Part shown: one piece after another, positions 5,544 through 5,615 of the stretch
Position numbering within the stretch: the stretch's first letter is position 1
How the letters are laid out: every line of letters starts with the position of its first letter
From: a virus
Taxonomy: Duplodnaviria; Heunggongvirae; Uroviricota; Caudoviricetes
IMG/VR virus record: IMGVR_UViG_2695420369_000012
Direction: 5' to 3' (one strand)
DNA length: 5,615 nt
Made by a program: the position numbers and the translations under genes
The notes under the pieces: generated by a model
Databases searched by the model: none
Told to the model about the DNA's origin: nothing
What the model saw: the letters and a program-made list of their open reading frames with translations, nothing else

Positions 5544-5615
5544 TGAGGTGTACTGGCAATAGCGGACACTACCATTTGTTCTTTTTTTAAGCAGCCATCT
5601 GATGATATTTTTCCC
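5544..5615 (-). mobile_element. second copy of the same IS3-family element; only its terminal 72 bp fall in the window
   Basis: 5544-5615 matches 2421-2492 (TGAGGTGTACTGGCAATAGCGGACACTACCATTTGTTC...). Confidence 0.75.

Noticed and set aside
5402-5590. 62-aa ORF as listed in the six-frame track
   Set aside because: The frame is real for its first ~42 codons but its end is IS-derived read-through. Re-annotated as a truncated DUF1737-like pseudogene starting at the ATG at 5417, which has the better RBS.
1-5615. Shiga toxin genes, CRISPR array, rRNA
   Set aside because: No frame resembles StxA or StxB. No regularly spaced short repeats. No rRNA-like sequence.

Overview
This window looks like the late-gene region of a lambdoid prophage (Escherichia/Shigella-type) that has been rearranged by an IS3-family element. 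It reads: 3' end of a likely Q antiterminator gene, a lambda-like pR' promoter and tR' terminator, a small HTH-like ORF, a beta-class DPPY DNA methyltransferase, and a three-tRNA cluster (Ile2-CAU, Arg-UCG, Arg-UCU) followed by a terminator and a ~225-bp structured element. An IS3-family element (intact OrfB, 5'-truncated OrfA, minus strand) follows. After it comes a second tR' + tRNA cluster whose middle tRNA is degenerate, an AT-rich insert with a 117-aa ORF, a second copy of the ~225-bp element, a minus-strand gene for an IraM-like anti-adaptor protein, and a DUF1737-like gene cut by a second copy of the same IS at the window edge. No stx genes, CRISPR array or rRNA are present. The most interesting items are the IraM-like cargo gene, the duplicated structured element (candidate sRNA), the degenerate tRNA and the methyltransferase module that is absent from the second copy. 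All coordinates were counted by hand and family assignments rest on motifs and memory, not on searches.
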